Positions 12,811 through 25,076 of a stretch of 64,000 nucleotides of DNA are shown here, piece by piece. Origin of the DNA: Malacoraja senta. Its lineage: Eukaryota. Where the stretch lies: assembly GCA_038087875.1 (NCBI GenBank), contig JAXLNO010000385.1:248001-312000 (forward strand), in the 5' to 3' direction. Positions within the stretch are counted from its first letter, which is position 1. The number at the start of each line of letters is the position of its first letter. The notes below the pieces were generated by a model. That model had not been told where the DNA came from and made no database searches. It saw only the letters and a program-made list of their open reading frames with translations. The translations under genes and the position numbers were made by a program.

Positions 12811-13879
12811 TCGCCGGCCCCTTGCCATTCCCACCCCCGCCTCACCTTTCCCACCCCCTCACTTTTCCCACCCCCTCACCTTTCCCACCCCCCCTTGCCT
12901 TTACCACCCCCATCACCTTTCACACCCCCATCGCCTTTTGCACCTCCCCGCACTTCCCCCCCCCCACCCCGCCGCGGGCCCTCGCTCCCCCCGCCCCCCC
13001 GCCCGCCGGGCTCCAGCCTGCGACCAGTGATCCCCCCCGCACACTATCCCACACACGCTAGAGACAATTTATACAAACCTGTGCGCTTTTGTAGCGCGGG
13101 AGGAAACCCTAACCCTAACCCTAGCTTGATTGGCTTGGTATAAGTATAAATTGCCCCTAGCGTGTGTGGGACAGTGTGCGGGGGGTCGCTGGTCGGTGCG
13201 GACTCGGTGGGCCAAAGGGCACTATATCGCTGAACTAAATGTGACGCAGGCACCCCGTGGGGTTGGACTCGAACCCCCTCTGTTCTGCCTGCTCCTCGTG
13301 GGAACTAAACTGTTGGCCACGAGTTGTCCCAGAGGGCTGATCTCTCTTTTAATGGTCTCTCCAAACCCCCAGAGGCAGCGGCCTTTTCAACCGGGTACAG
13401 GCAATGTTGTCAATGTACCAGTGCCACCCACCTGCTCTGGCCACTGAGTCTAAAGCGGGCTTTTCACTGGATGTTTTCAAGAGAGTGTTAGATTTAGCTC
13501 TTCGGGCCAACGGAATCAAGGGATATGGGGAGAAGGCAGGAACGGGGTACTGATTGTGGATGATCAGCCGTGATCACATTGAATGGCGGTTCTGGCTCGA
13601 AGGGCCTAATGGCCTCCTCCTGCACCTATTGTCTGTTGTCTATATAGAAGCTTTTCACCACATCACCGTCTACATCTCTCCTGCGACCCTCAGTCTGAGG
13701 AAGGGTCTCGACCTCGAATCGTCACCCATTCGTTCCCTCTCTCCAGAGACGCGGCCCGTCCCACTGAGTTACTGCAGCATTTTTTAGTCTGGCCCCCCCC
13801 CCCCTTGAGGTTTTATCTCAGGTTTGCAGCCTCTGCAGCTGCTGTCATTGTTTCCCCTACTCCCTCCACACACGTGGTG

Positions 13880-14348
13880 TAGGAGCCGCGGGGGGCGGGG
13901 CCGGCCCTGCCGTGGCAACCGTCGCTAGGGCGGGATGGGCGGCTCCGATTGGCGGAGGCGGCTGTCCGTCCGGCGGGCGGGGCTGTTGCGTGGGAGCGGG
14001 GCTGGCCGCGCCGTGACAACCGTTGCTAGGGCTCCGATTGGCGGAGGGCGCTGTCAGTCCGAGGGCGGGGCTGCGGCTCGACCTATAGGACGCGGTCACC
14101 TGCGGCGGGGGGGCGGGTCCGATTGATCGGACGCAATAAGGGGGCGGAACCTGGTTGCTTGCGACGTGTTGGGGATGCGGCACCAGCTTCCATTGGCCGC
14201 TGGCGCTGTCCGTCAGTGGGGGGGAGAGAGGCGGCGGGACCTGATCGCTTGTGACGTGTAGGGGATGCGGGACCCGCTCCCATTGGCCGCTGGCGCTGTC
14301 TGTCAGTGGGGGGGGAGGGGGCGGGACCTGGTGGCCGGTCACGTGAGT
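13880..14348 (+). promoter_or_regulatory. CpG-island promoter-like region made of four ~80-100-bp repeat units
   Basis: Multiple GGGCGG boxes, inverted CCAAT boxes (ATTGG), RFX-like GT(T/C)GCTAGGG / GGCAAC motifs, TGACGT and GTCACGTGAG. A GTGAGT donor-like site is at 14343. Confidence 0.5.
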
Positions 14349-14547
14349 CGGGGTCGGCTGCGCGGACAGGGGTGGATGGATGTCAGAAGTCTGGGCTCCT
14401 TCTGGTCCTCCGTCTCAGCGCCCCCTGGCAGCGGGAGGCCGCGGCGCAGCGTCTCTGTCTTGGTTTCTCTGTCTGTCTGCAGCCACCCCCCCCACTGGGT
14501 TTGACTGCGCTGGGTCCTAGTGCCAGTCACCCCCAGGCCCTCCCTCA

Positions 14548-14963
14548 CTCCAGGTGTGGTCTCACCAAGACTGTGTACAACTGCAGCAGAACCTCCCTGC
14601 TCCTATACTCAAATCCTTTTGCTATGAATGCTAACATACCATTCGCTTTCTTCACTGCCTGCTGCACCTGCATACCCACTTTCAATGACTGGTGTACCAT
14701 GACACCCAGGTCTCGCTGCATCTCCCCTTTTGCTAATCGGCCACCATTCAGATAATAGTCTACTTTCCTGTTTTTTGGCCACCAAAGTGGATGACCTCAC
14801 GTTTATCCACATTATACTGCATCTGCCGTGCATTTGCCCACTCACCCAGCCTATCCAAGTCACCTTGCAGCCTCCTAGCGTACTCCTCACAGCTAACACT
14901 GCCCCCCAGCTTCGTGTCACCCGCAAACTTGGAGATGTTGCATTCAATTCCCTCGTTCAAATC
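14548..14963 (-). mobile_element. CR1 LINE reverse transcriptase fragment
   Basis: ISKFAGDTKLGG...LQGDLDRLGEWA..QMQYNVDK. Confidence 0.9.
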
Positions 14964-15161
14964 ACTGTTTGACTGCACTGGGTCCTAGTGCCAGTCCACC
15001 CTTGACCCTGGGCAACATCAGTGTTTCAAGAAGGAACTAACTGCAGATGCTGCAAAAATCGAGGTGGACAAAAAGTGCTGGAGAAACTCAGCGGGCGAGG
15101 CGGCAGCATCGAAGGAGCGAAGGAAATAGGCAACGTTTCAGGCCGAAACCCTTCTTCAGTG

Positions 15162-16143
15162 TAGACAATAGAAAATAGACAATAGACAACAGATAGTAGA
15201 CAATAGACAACAGACACTAGGCAACAGACAATAGACAACAGACAACAGACAACATACAACAGTCAATAGACACTAGACAACAGATAGTAGACAACAGACA
15301 ATACACAACAGACATTATAAAAACAGTCAATAGACACTAGACAATAGACAACAGACATTAGACACTAGACAACAGACAATAGACAACAGACAATATACAC
15401 TAGACAACAGACAATAGACAACAGACAATTGACAACAGACATTAGACACTAGACAACACAATAGACAACAGACAATAAACAATAGACAACAGACAACAGA
15501 CAGTAGACGATAGACAACAGACAATAGACAATAGGTGCAGGAGGAGGCCATTCGGCCCTTCGAGCCAGCACCGCCATTCAATGTGATCATGGCTTATCAT
15601 CCACAATCAGTACCCCGTTCCTGCCAACTCCCCCATATCCCCTGACTCCGCTATCTTTAAGAGCCCTAGCTAGCTCTCTCTTGAAAGCATCCAGAGAACC
15701 GGCCTCCACCGCCCTCGGAGGCAGAGAATTCCACAGACTCACACTCTCTGAGTGAAAAAGTTTTTCCTCATCTCCATTCTAAATGGCTTACCTCTTATTC
15801 TTAAATTGTGGCCCCTGGTTCTGGACTCCCCCAACATCGGAAACATGTTTCCTCTCTCTAGCGTGTCCAAATCCTTAATAATTTTATATGTTTCAATAAG
15901 ATGCCCTCTCATCCTTCTAATTTCCAGAGTATACAAGCCCAGCCGCTCCATTCTATCAACATATGACAGTCCCGCCATCCCGGGAATTAACCAGGTGAAC
16001 CTACGCTGCACTCCCTCAATAGCAAGAATGTCCATCCTCAAATTTGGAGACCAAAACTGCACAAAATACTCCAGGTGTGATCTCACTGGGACCCTATACA
16101 ACTGCAGAAGGACCTCTTTGCTCCTCTACACAACTCCTCTTGT
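15162..16143 (-). mobile_element. CR1 LINE 3' fragment with a ~370-bp expanded degenerate (TCTATTG/TCTGTTG)n tail
   Basis: ORF 15739-16101 (HLEYFVQFWSP...IEGVQRRFT). The heptamer tail spans 15162-15533. Confidence 0.9.
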
Positions 16144-16204
16144 AACATTGAATGGTGGTGCCGGCTCGAAGGGCCGAATGGTCTCCTGCACCTATTGTCT
16201 ATAA

Positions 16205-17620
16205 AATGATCACCAATGCGTCCACGATTTCCAGAGCCACCTCATTAAGTACCCTGGGATGCAGACCATCAGGCCCTGGGGATCTATCAGCCTTCTGTCT
16301 ACGCAACAGCATTTCCTGCCTAATGTGTATTTCCTTCAGTTCCTCCGTCACCCTAGGTCCTCTGGCCACTAGTACATCTGGGAGATTGTTTGTGCCTTCC
16401 TTAGTGAAGACAGATCCAAATTACTTGTTCAACTCGTCTGTCATTTCCTTGTTTCCCATAATAAATTCACCTGTTTCTGTCTTCAAGAGTCCAACTTTGG
16501 TCTTATCTATCTTCTTCCTCTTCACATACCTTAAGAAGCTTTTACTGTCCTCCTTTATATTCTTGGCTAGCTTCCCTTCGTACCTCATCTTTTCTCCCCA
16601 TATTGCCTTTTTAGTTATCTTCTGTTGCTCTTTGATAGTTCCCCAATCCTCTGGCTTCTCACTCATCTTTGCTATGTTATATTTCTATTTTAATTTTATA
16701 CTGTCCTCGACTTCCCTTGTCAGCCACGGTCGCCTTTACTCCCTCCCTCTTACTCCCCTTGGAATCGTTCTTCCTCTTTGGAATGAACTGATCCTGCACC
16801 TTCTGTATTATTCCCAGAAATACCTGCCATTGTTGTTCCATTGTCATCCCTGCTGGGGTCTCTTTCCAGTCAACTTTGGCCAGCTTCTCTCTCAATACCT
16901 CCATAGTCCCCTTTGTTCAACTATCATACTGACAGGGTCTGAAGAAGGGTTTCGGCCCGAAACGTTGCCTATTTCCTTTGCTCCATAGATGCTGCTGCAC
17001 CCGCTGAGTTTCTCCAGCATTTTTGTGTACCAATCATACGGACACTTCTGATTTTCCCCTCTCCCTCTCAAATTGTAGATTAAAACTTATCATATTATGG
17101 TCACTCCCTCCTCATGGCAACTTTACCTTGAGTTCCCTTATCAAATCCAGGTCATTACACAACACTAAATCCAGAATTGTCTTCTCCCTGGTAGGCTCCA
17201 GTACAAGCTGCTCTAAGAATACAGCTCGGAGGCACTCTCCAAATTCCCTTTCTTGGGGTCCAGAACCAACCTTATTTTCCCATTCTATCTGCATGTGGAA
17301 ATCTCCCATAACCACTGTAGCATTACATGCCAATTTTAACTCGATTCAACTTGCAGCCACGTTTCTGTAATTCCCACAACATCATAATTGCCAATTTCTA
17401 ACTGAGCCTCAAGCTCGTCCACTTTATTTCTTACACTTCGCGCATTCATACACAACACCTTAACTTCGGTATTCACCTGCCCTCTCTCTCCGGTCACTAT
17501 TGGCCCTGACCTTACTCTCTTATCCCTTCTCGAAATTTCCTTCCCATTAATTCGGGAGTCTTTTGTAACTTTTCCTGTACTCACTTCCCCTTAAACTCCA
17601 TCTTTATACTCCCAATTTGT
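16205..17620 (-). mobile_element. CR1 LINE ORF2 N-terminal region (APE endonuclease and linker), degenerate
   Basis: VLCMNARSVRNKVDEL...YDVVGITETWL; VVMGDF; PTREKTILDLVLCN; PGPDGLHPRVL. Confidence 0.88.
16935..17032 (+). mobile_element. Penelope-derived hammerhead mini-insert with an imperfect 12-bp TSD
   Basis: GGGT-CTGAAGA-A-GGGT-TTCG-GCCC-GAAAC-GTT-GCCT. Flanks are ATCATACTGACA (16923-16934) and ATCATACGGACA (17033-17044). Confidence 0.75.
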
Positions 17621-17761
17621 CAATTTTGAGGGATATGGGCCACACATTGGGCAGGTTGGTCTAGTGTAGATGTGATATGTTGGCCGGTGTGGGCAAGTTG
17701 GGCCGAAGGGCCTGTTTCCACATTGTATCACTCTGTGAACGTTCTTGCTATTCTTATATAA

Positions 17762-18280
17762 CATTCTTGCTATTGAGGGAGTGCAGCGTAGGTTTACAAG
17801 GTTAATTCCCGGGATGGCGGGACTGTCATATGCTGAGAGAATGGAGCAGCTGGGCTTGTAAACTCTGGAGTTTAGAAGGATGAGAGGGAATCTCATTGAA
17901 ACATATAATATTGTTAAGTGCTTGGACACGCTAGAGGCAGGAAACATGTTCCAGATGTTGGGGGAGTCCAGAACCAGGGGCCACACACAGTTTAAGAATA
18001 AGGAGTAAGCCATTTAGAACGGAGACGAGGAAACACTTTTCCTCACAGAGAGTGGTGAGTCTGTGGAATTCTCTGCCTCAGAGGGCGGTGGACGCAGGTT
18101 CTCCGGGTTCTTTCAAGAGAGAGCTAGATAGGGCTCTTAAAGATAGCGGAGTCAGGGGATATGGGGAGAAGGTAGGAACGGGTAACTGATTGGGGAAGAT
18201 CAGCCATGATCACATTGACTGGCGGTGCTGGCTCGAAGGGCCAAATGGCCTATTCCTGCACCTATTGTCTATTGTCTATT
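17762..18280 (+). mobile_element. CR1 LINE 3' fragment
   Basis: ILAIEGVQRRFTRLIPG through to the (TCTATTG)n tail. Confidence 0.9.
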
Positions 18281-18957
18281 ATCTAATACACATACACACA
18301 CACATACAGTTAAAATCATTAGGACATATATTTAAAACTCAGTAAAGGATTTAAGAGATCAGAGTTTATTCGTAAAACCTCCTAAAATATCACCCCTTCT
18401 CGCCCGATGTAGAGGGAGGTAGGGATGGAGTTAGGGAGGGAGAGAGGGAGGGAGGTGAGGGAGGGACAGCGTGGAATTAATCTGTCGGAGAAAGAAGGGG
18501 GTGATTTGTTAAACTAAAGAGACGGGTTGAGGGGGTGCAGGGGTCGGAGGGGAGGGGTCACAGAGATGGGGAGAGGGGGTGAAGGGGCTGGAGTGAAGGG
18601 CGTTACAGAGAGGGGGTGTATGGGGCCAGAGGAGAGGGCGTTAGCTTTCTGACATAGTGTATTGAATTGAATTGAATTGAATTGAATTATCCTTTATTGT
18701 CATTCAGACCTTTTGGTCTGAACGAAATTTTGGCAGTCATATATATAATAAAAATAAATATCAAAAACACACAATAAACACAAATTAAACATCCACCACA
18801 GTGAGTTCACCAGGCACCTCCTCACTGTGATCGAACGCAAAAGTCTTAAAGTCTTTGTTTCTTTCCTCCGTGTTCTCCCTCCCGAGGCGATCCAGGCCTC
18901 CGATGTCCAGGCCACATGCTCTGTAATAAAATGATAAATAATGTACATGCAGAGCTC

Positions 18958-19140
18958 CCATCCCCTCTCCTCACCTCTCTTCCCCTCCCCTCTCCTTCCC
19001 TCCCCTCCCTTCTCCTCCTCTCTCCTCCCCTCTCCTCCCCTCCCCTCTCCTCCCCTCCCCTCTCCTCCCCTCTCCTCTCCTCTCCACTCCTCTCCTCTCC
19101 TCCCCTCCCCTCCACCCTCTCTTCCCCTCCCCTCCCCTCC
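18958..19140. repeat. Polypyrimidine (CCTCT/CCCCT)n tract
   Basis: Directly visible. Confidence 0.9.
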
Positions 19141-19627
19141 TGAAAGAGCTAATAGTCAAATCTAATATGGTTTACAAATCCCCCGACTCCGCTATTTTTA
19201 AGGGCCCTATCTAGCTCTCTCTTGAAAGTATCAAGAGAACCTGCCTCCACCGCCCTCTGAGGCAGAGAATTCCACAGACTGACAACTCTCTGTGAGAAAA
19301 AGTGTTTCCTCATCTCCGTTCTAAATGGCTTACACCTTATTCCCCGTATCCCTGGTTCTGGACTCCCCCAACATCGGGAACATGTTTCCTGCCTCTAGCG
19401 TGTTCAAACCCTTACCAATCGTATATGTTTCACGCATCCATGTAGATGTGCTAGCTGAGATTGGAGATTCCTTTATCTCAGAACAAAATCTGTTAATTTG
19501 AAATCGTAAATTTGGGGGATATAGCTTGGAACAATTGGGAATATTTTTAAATTGGTTTTTTCTTCTTAATAATAATCTTTTTTTACTTTTTAAAGGGTCT
19601 GCCTTGTAAGTAGTTAGAGAGTGATCT

Positions 19628-20006
19628 TACATCCCCCACCACCCATAGAATTCTGGATTGGTGGAGGGAATGAATAGGACACTAAAGAGTGTGGAAGTTA
19701 GTTTTGACCGACAGGCCCTCAGCGATTAATTAATTACAAGCACACAGCAATTAACCCGAACCTTGTCGGTCTTGCATTCAGAGGTATTGGAAACGCAGAA
19801 GCCACTGCCAGTTGAACACAGACACAGTCCATACTACTTGGGAGACTACATACTGCTAAGGTACTGGGATCGGACGAAATTGGGTCTGTGTTGGAGGGGA
19901 CTGTACCAGGTGCTACTACGACACCAACCACCGTGAAGATTGAAGATTACACCCGTTGGAAACATCTGACACGATTGACTAAATGGAGGGGATCCAAGGA
20001 ACGACA
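19628..20006 (+). pseudogene. Retroviral integrase C-terminal remnant
   Basis: YIPHHP*NSGLVEGMNRTLKS, then GDYILLRYWDRTKLGLCWRGLYQVLL/TPTTVKIEDYTRWKHL (GPY/F-type module). Contains stops and a frameshift. Confidence 0.82.
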
Positions 20007-20134
20007 ATGGGGCTATTAACCCTCCTTTTTATCCTGAGGTTGGACTTGGGGAACAATCCCTGCACCAAGACGTCCTGTGAATAAGGCTGACAACTCTCCT
20101 TACGGTTATAACACTGACCAAGATGGATCCATTA

Positions 20135-20485
20135 CATAGAAACATAGAAAATAGGTGCAGGAGGAGGCCATTCGGCCATTCGAACCAGCACCACCATTCA
20201 TTGTGATCATGGCTGATCGTCCCCAATCAATAACCCGTGCCTGCCTTCTCTCCATATCCCTTGACTCCACTAGCCCCTAGAGCTCTATCTAACTCTCTTA
20301 AATCCATCCAGTGACTTGGCCTCCACTGCCCTCTGTGGCAGTGAATTCCACAAATTCACAACTCTCTGAGTGAATACGTTTTTTTCTCACCTCAGTCTTA
20401 AATGACCTCCGCTTTATTCTACGACTGTGTGTGGCCCCTGGTTCTTGACTCGCTCCAACATTGGGTACATTTTTCCTGCATCTAC
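20135..20485 (-). mobile_element. CR1 LINE 3' fragment inserted in the ERV env
   Basis: CATAGAAACATAGAAA tail and CR1 3' UTR on the minus strand. Confidence 0.88.
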
Positions 20486-20685
20486 CACAGGTTCTTGAAG
20501 TAACCAGAAAAAGGTGGCACCTGATCCTGGAGCTACAGACAGAGCTGAAACTGATGGAAAATGTGCTCACCCAGTCTCGAAATGACCATCTCGCTTCCAT
20601 GACACACCAGCTGAAGGAGAGCAATCAGGTTGCGGAGTTACAAAGGCCTGATTTAGGAGTGCGACTCTGTTATAGAACTGGATTG

Positions 20686-21406
20686 AAAAGGGGCGATGCA
20701 ACGAGACCTGGGTGTCATGGTACACCAGTCATTGAAAGTAGCCATGCAGGTGCAGCAGGCAGTGAAGAAAGCGAATGGTATGTTAGCATTCATAGCAAAA
20801 GGATTTGAGTATAGGAGCAGGGAGGTTCTACTACTGTTGTACAGGGTCTTGGTGAGACCACACCTGGAGTATTGCGTCCAGTTTTGGTCTCCTAATCTGA
20901 GGAAGGACATTCATGCCATAGGTTCACCAGACTGATTCCTGGGATGGCAGGACTTTCATATGAAGAAAGACTGGATAGACTCGGCTTGTACTCGCTAGAA
21001 TTTAGAAGATTGAGGGGGGATCTTATAGAAACGTACAAAATTCTTGAGGGGTAGGACAGGCTAGATGCAGGAAGATTGTTCCCGATGTTGGGGAAGTCCA
21101 GAACAAGGGGTCACAGTTTAAGGATAAAGGGGAAATCTTTTAGGACTGAGATGAGAAAAACATTTTTCACACAGAGAGTGGTGAATCTCTGGAATTCTCT
21201 GCCACAGAATGTAGTTGAGGCCAGTTCATTGGCTATATTTAAGAGGGAGTTAGATGTGGCCCTTGTGGCTAAAGGGATCAGGGGGCATGGAGAGAAGGCC
21301 GGTACAGGATACTGAGTTGGATGATCAGCCATGATCATATTGAATGGCGGTGCAGGCTCGAAGGGCCGAATGGCCTACCCCTGCACGTGTTTTCTATGTT
21401 TCTATG
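20686..21406 (+). mobile_element. CR1 LINE 3' fragment inserted in the ERV env
   Basis: QRDLGVMVHQSLK...VRPHLEYCVQFWSP...LWNSLP and a (TTTCTATG)n tail. Confidence 0.9.
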
Positions 21407-22454
21407 AAGATGAACCACATTTGATCAACAACTTTGAAGCATTTCGAGCTCTATCGGGTGACCTAGATAGTGAGAAGCTGAACATTTTGAAACAGATGAG
21501 AGAGAAAATGCACGGCCCTGACCAGGAAGGCAATCTCAGACCTGGTGGGTAATCGGTGTGAAGACAATCAGGAGATTGATGAGCATGGCAACAATGGCGT
21601 TTCTGATGAGAAGGACAATTGCCATTTATTCCCAACCCTGACCAGATCGATGCCGATGGTGACGGCAGAGGAGACACGACTTTGAGAAGGACAACATCCC
21701 AGATATCTAAGACATGTTCCCTGAGAACAGCGCCATCAGCGAGACTGACCTCAGGAAGTTCCAACGGGGACGATGCAGATCGATCCTAACTGGGTTGTGC
21801 GCAACAAGGGCAGGCAGTTGCTGCAGTCCGCCAACTCTGACCCTGGCCTTGCTGTCGGATTCGTGGAGATCAACGCCATCAAATTCAGTGGCACCTTCTA
21901 CATCAACACAGACTGCAATCTACGCTGGCTTTGTCTTTGGGTTCCTGTCCAGCAGCCGCTTCTAGTGGTGATGTGGAAGCAGGTCACCCAAACCTACTGG
22001 GAGGAGTAGCTGCCCAAAGCCCATGGGTATGATGGCATCTCGCTCAACGTGGTGAACGCTACCGAGGGCCGAGATGGGGAGCAATGCTCTCCGAAGAGAC
22101 TGGCAATACCCTCGGACAGGTGCGAACCCATGAATATCGGCTGAAAGGATTACACCGACAGGTGGCACCTGATCCTTCAACCCGAAACAAGCTTCATCAG
22201 GTCAATGAAGAGATGAGAACTGGTTGCCATGTCCGTTGGTTCGATGGACTTTGGGGTACTGTGATAAATTATGGCTTCATTTTTCTGTTAATCATTGCTC
22301 TAATCTTTATCATTAAATTCTTGCGAGCATTGTGTACCTATCGAGGACTGTCAATGTTATCATGTATGATAAAAAGGAGGGAATGAAAGAGCTAATAGTC
22401 AAATATAATCTAGTTTACCAAATAGTCGTTCTTCTTACTAATATAAGATGGAAA

Positions 22455-22715
22455 CTTATGCCCCTGTCCCACTTAGGAAACGTGAACGGAAACCTCTGGA
22501 GACTTTGCGTCCCACCCAAGGTTCCGCGCGGTTCCCGGAAGTTTTTGTCAGTCACCCTAATGGTCGAAAGTGGTTTCCCCTTCTTCTACGTTCCGGCGAT
22601 TATTTCAAAAAACTCAAAACCGGCCGCGACTAAAAAATAGGTTGCTGTTTTAAAAATCGATAATTTAGTCGAAGCCGGTTGCGATGCTAGTTGAAGGTGG
22701 TTGCCGGAGGTTGCA
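22455..22715 (+). mobile_element. Truncated MITE-like DNA transposon end at the left breakpoint of duplication unit B
   Basis: Begins GCCCCTGTCCCACT. The complementary terminus AGTGGGACAGGC is seen in a related element at about 6177-6188 and 28238-28249. Confidence 0.45.
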
Positions 22716-25006
22716 GGCCGCACTGTTACGGGCTGTGGGTCCGCAGCGCCCACACACACGGGGCCGGGTAGAGCAGTGCCGCGGCTCTGGGCAGTCGACA
22801 CACGGGGACGAAAACCCGGCAACGACCCCGTCAGCTGCAGCGGAGTTGGGGATAGTCTGGTCCCTCCGCCCACCCAGAGTCACTGACCGCGCTGCAGCGG
22901 CACCGGACACCGCCCCCCCCCCGAACACCCCTCGACCCCAGCCGCGGGGATAGACGGCCCGGGGTACGTGAGTGTGGAACCAGTCAGCGTGGAGTCCGAA
23001 TGGTGGGACAGAAAACGGGCCCGTTGCACTGGAAGCCGTGGTAAGCGCTTACCCGACGTTCACCGCATGTACTCCAGTTGGCTTTGCGTGGCAACAGTAC
23101 AGGCCACGGGTCGTGATCCCGACTGCCGTGCATACTCCCTTTAGATTGGTCAGAGTAGGTGAATCGAGGACCAAGTCAAGTCAAGTCAAGTCAAGTTTAA
23201 TCGTCACATACACATACGAGATGTGCAGTGAAATGGAAAGTGGCAATGCCCGCGGATTGTGTAAAAAACTACAAAACAGAATGGACAGAATCACATATTC
23301 ACATATTACATATTTGTGGAGGAAAAAAAGAAAATAGCAATTTTTAAAAAGACACAACAACAGTAAAATGGTTCAGTAAAGTTAGTCCCTGGTGAGATAG
23401 GAGTTTACAGTCCTAATGGCCTCTGGGAAGAAACTCCTTCTCATCCTCTCCGTTTTCACAGCATGGCAACGGAGGCGTTTGCCTGACCAGACGACGTTGA
23501 TGCAAGGTGAAGGACAAAAAGAGATAATAGGAATCTAGGAGTAACGTTTCCACACAGAGGGTGGTGGGTGTATGGAACTAGCTGCCAGAGGAGATAGTTA
23601 AGGTTGGGACAATCCCAACGTTTAAGAAACCGCTACAAGGTTACACCGATAGGACGGGTTTGGAGGGATATGGACCAGACGCCAGGGACTAGTGCAACTG
23701 GGACACGTTGGTCGGTTTGGACGTGGGCCGAAGGGCCTGTTTCCACGCTGTATCACACCAAGGGCGGTACATTGGTTGCACTACTGCTACAAAACGCCAG
23801 AGACCAGGGTTCTATCCTGCCCTCGTCTGCTGTCTGTGTGTAAGTGTGCACATTCGCCTTGTGACCGCGTGAGTTTCCTCTGAGTGGCCGAAGATCCTCT
23901 TTCCCACGCTGTATCTAACTTAAACCAAATCACACTGAAATTACACATGCCATGTCTCACAGTGTGCTCGGAGGAGGGAGGGGGGAGAATACGGAGGGAA
24001 GCCATCATTGAGCGAAACATAGCACACGGTCAGACTGTGCACAGTCCGACTGAGCAAAAGAGACAGAAATGTCTTATAGAAACATATAAAATTATAAAAG
24101 GACTGGACAACCTAGATGCAGGAAAAAATGTTCCCAATGTTCGGCAAGTCCAGAACCAGGGGCCGCAATCTTAGAATAAAGGCGAGGCCATTTAAGACTG
24201 AGGTGAGAAAAAAACGTTTTCACCCAGAGAGTTGTCAATTTGTGGAATTCTCTGCCACAGAGGGCAGTGGAGGCCAAATCACTGGATGGATTTAAGAGAG
24301 AGTTAAATAGTGGTCCAGGGGCTAGTGGAATCAAGGGATATGGGGAGAAGGCAGGCACGGGTTAGTGATTCTGGACGATCAGCCATGATCACAATGAACG
24401 GCGGTGCAGGCTCGAAGGGCCGAATGGCCCCCTCCTGCACCTATTGTCTATGTTTCTATGCTTCTATGAATATTTCAGTATCAGTGACACTTGCAATATT
24501 AGTGATGTCATCGTATGAATGATGATTTATTTTGGGGGGAAAAAACAAAACTGGAATGGTTCACTGGAGATGTCCATCGAAATCAACATTAAATGAAATA
24601 ACACAGTGTCATGGACCATTCTTTCATTGGAAAGCATAAATTCTTGTTTTCAGTGAAAAATACACAAAGTGCTGGTGTAACAGAGGGTCAGGCAACATTT
24701 TTGTAGAACGTGTATAGGTGACGTTTCGGATAGTGACCATTCTTCAGACTCTGTTTTCAACGACTCGCTTCGTGTTTTTTTACTCGATCCTTAAATTATT
24801 CGCTTGTCATCTCCCATGGTGGAGTTAATGGCTGTGGCGCAAGGTGTTTGTTCCGTGAGTGTCACTAATGTCAATCAGCAGGTATGAGGTCATGTCGCTG
24901 GAGACCTATCGCTCTATATATCTCGGTGCCCACCAGAAGGTATCGCCACAGAGCTACAACGATGACGGACTGACGGAGCCACAGGAGTTAATTGTGTCTT
25001 CCAGCT

Positions 25007-25076
25007 ATGGAACGTCAATTGATCTATCGATTTCGAGATATATTTAACCCTACAATAGCGGCTGTCGCTGTTTTCG
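25007..25076 (+). pseudogene. GPR139-like GPCR copy 2, exon 1 (MERQLIYRFRDIFNPTIAAVAVF)
   Basis: ATG at 25007 and GTAATT donor at 25077. Paralogous to 2834-2903. Confidence 0.82.

Larger units (their letters stand above)
20007..22386 (+). pseudogene. Env-like glycoprotein remnant interrupted by two CR1 insertions
   Basis: Signal-peptide-like MGLLTLLFIL at 20007 and a heptad-like LELQTELKLMENVLTQ segment. The C-terminal RWFDGLWG plus TM (YGFIFLLIIALIFII) ends at the PPT. Confidence 0.6.
19141..22445 (+). mobile_element. Degenerate, internally deleted endogenous retrovirus (LTR start, integrase, env-like region, PPT, LTR start)
   Basis: TGAAAGAGCTAATAGTCAAAT occurs at both 19141 and 22384. 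The second copy follows the polypurine tract AAAAAGGAGGGAA (22371-22383). Integrase and env remnants lie between them. Confidence 0.82.

Noticed and set aside
13107..13123. Telomeric (CCCTAA)n
   Set aside because: Only about 2.5 units, lying between inverted SINE fragments.
16152..16988. 278-aa hydrophobic ORF on the + strand
   Set aside because: It is the antisense of CR1 ORF2.
19510..19530. tRNA-Pro primer-binding site for the ERV
   Set aside because: Only TGGGGG matches; the rest diverges from TGGGGGCTCGTCC and no LTR-terminal CA precedes it.
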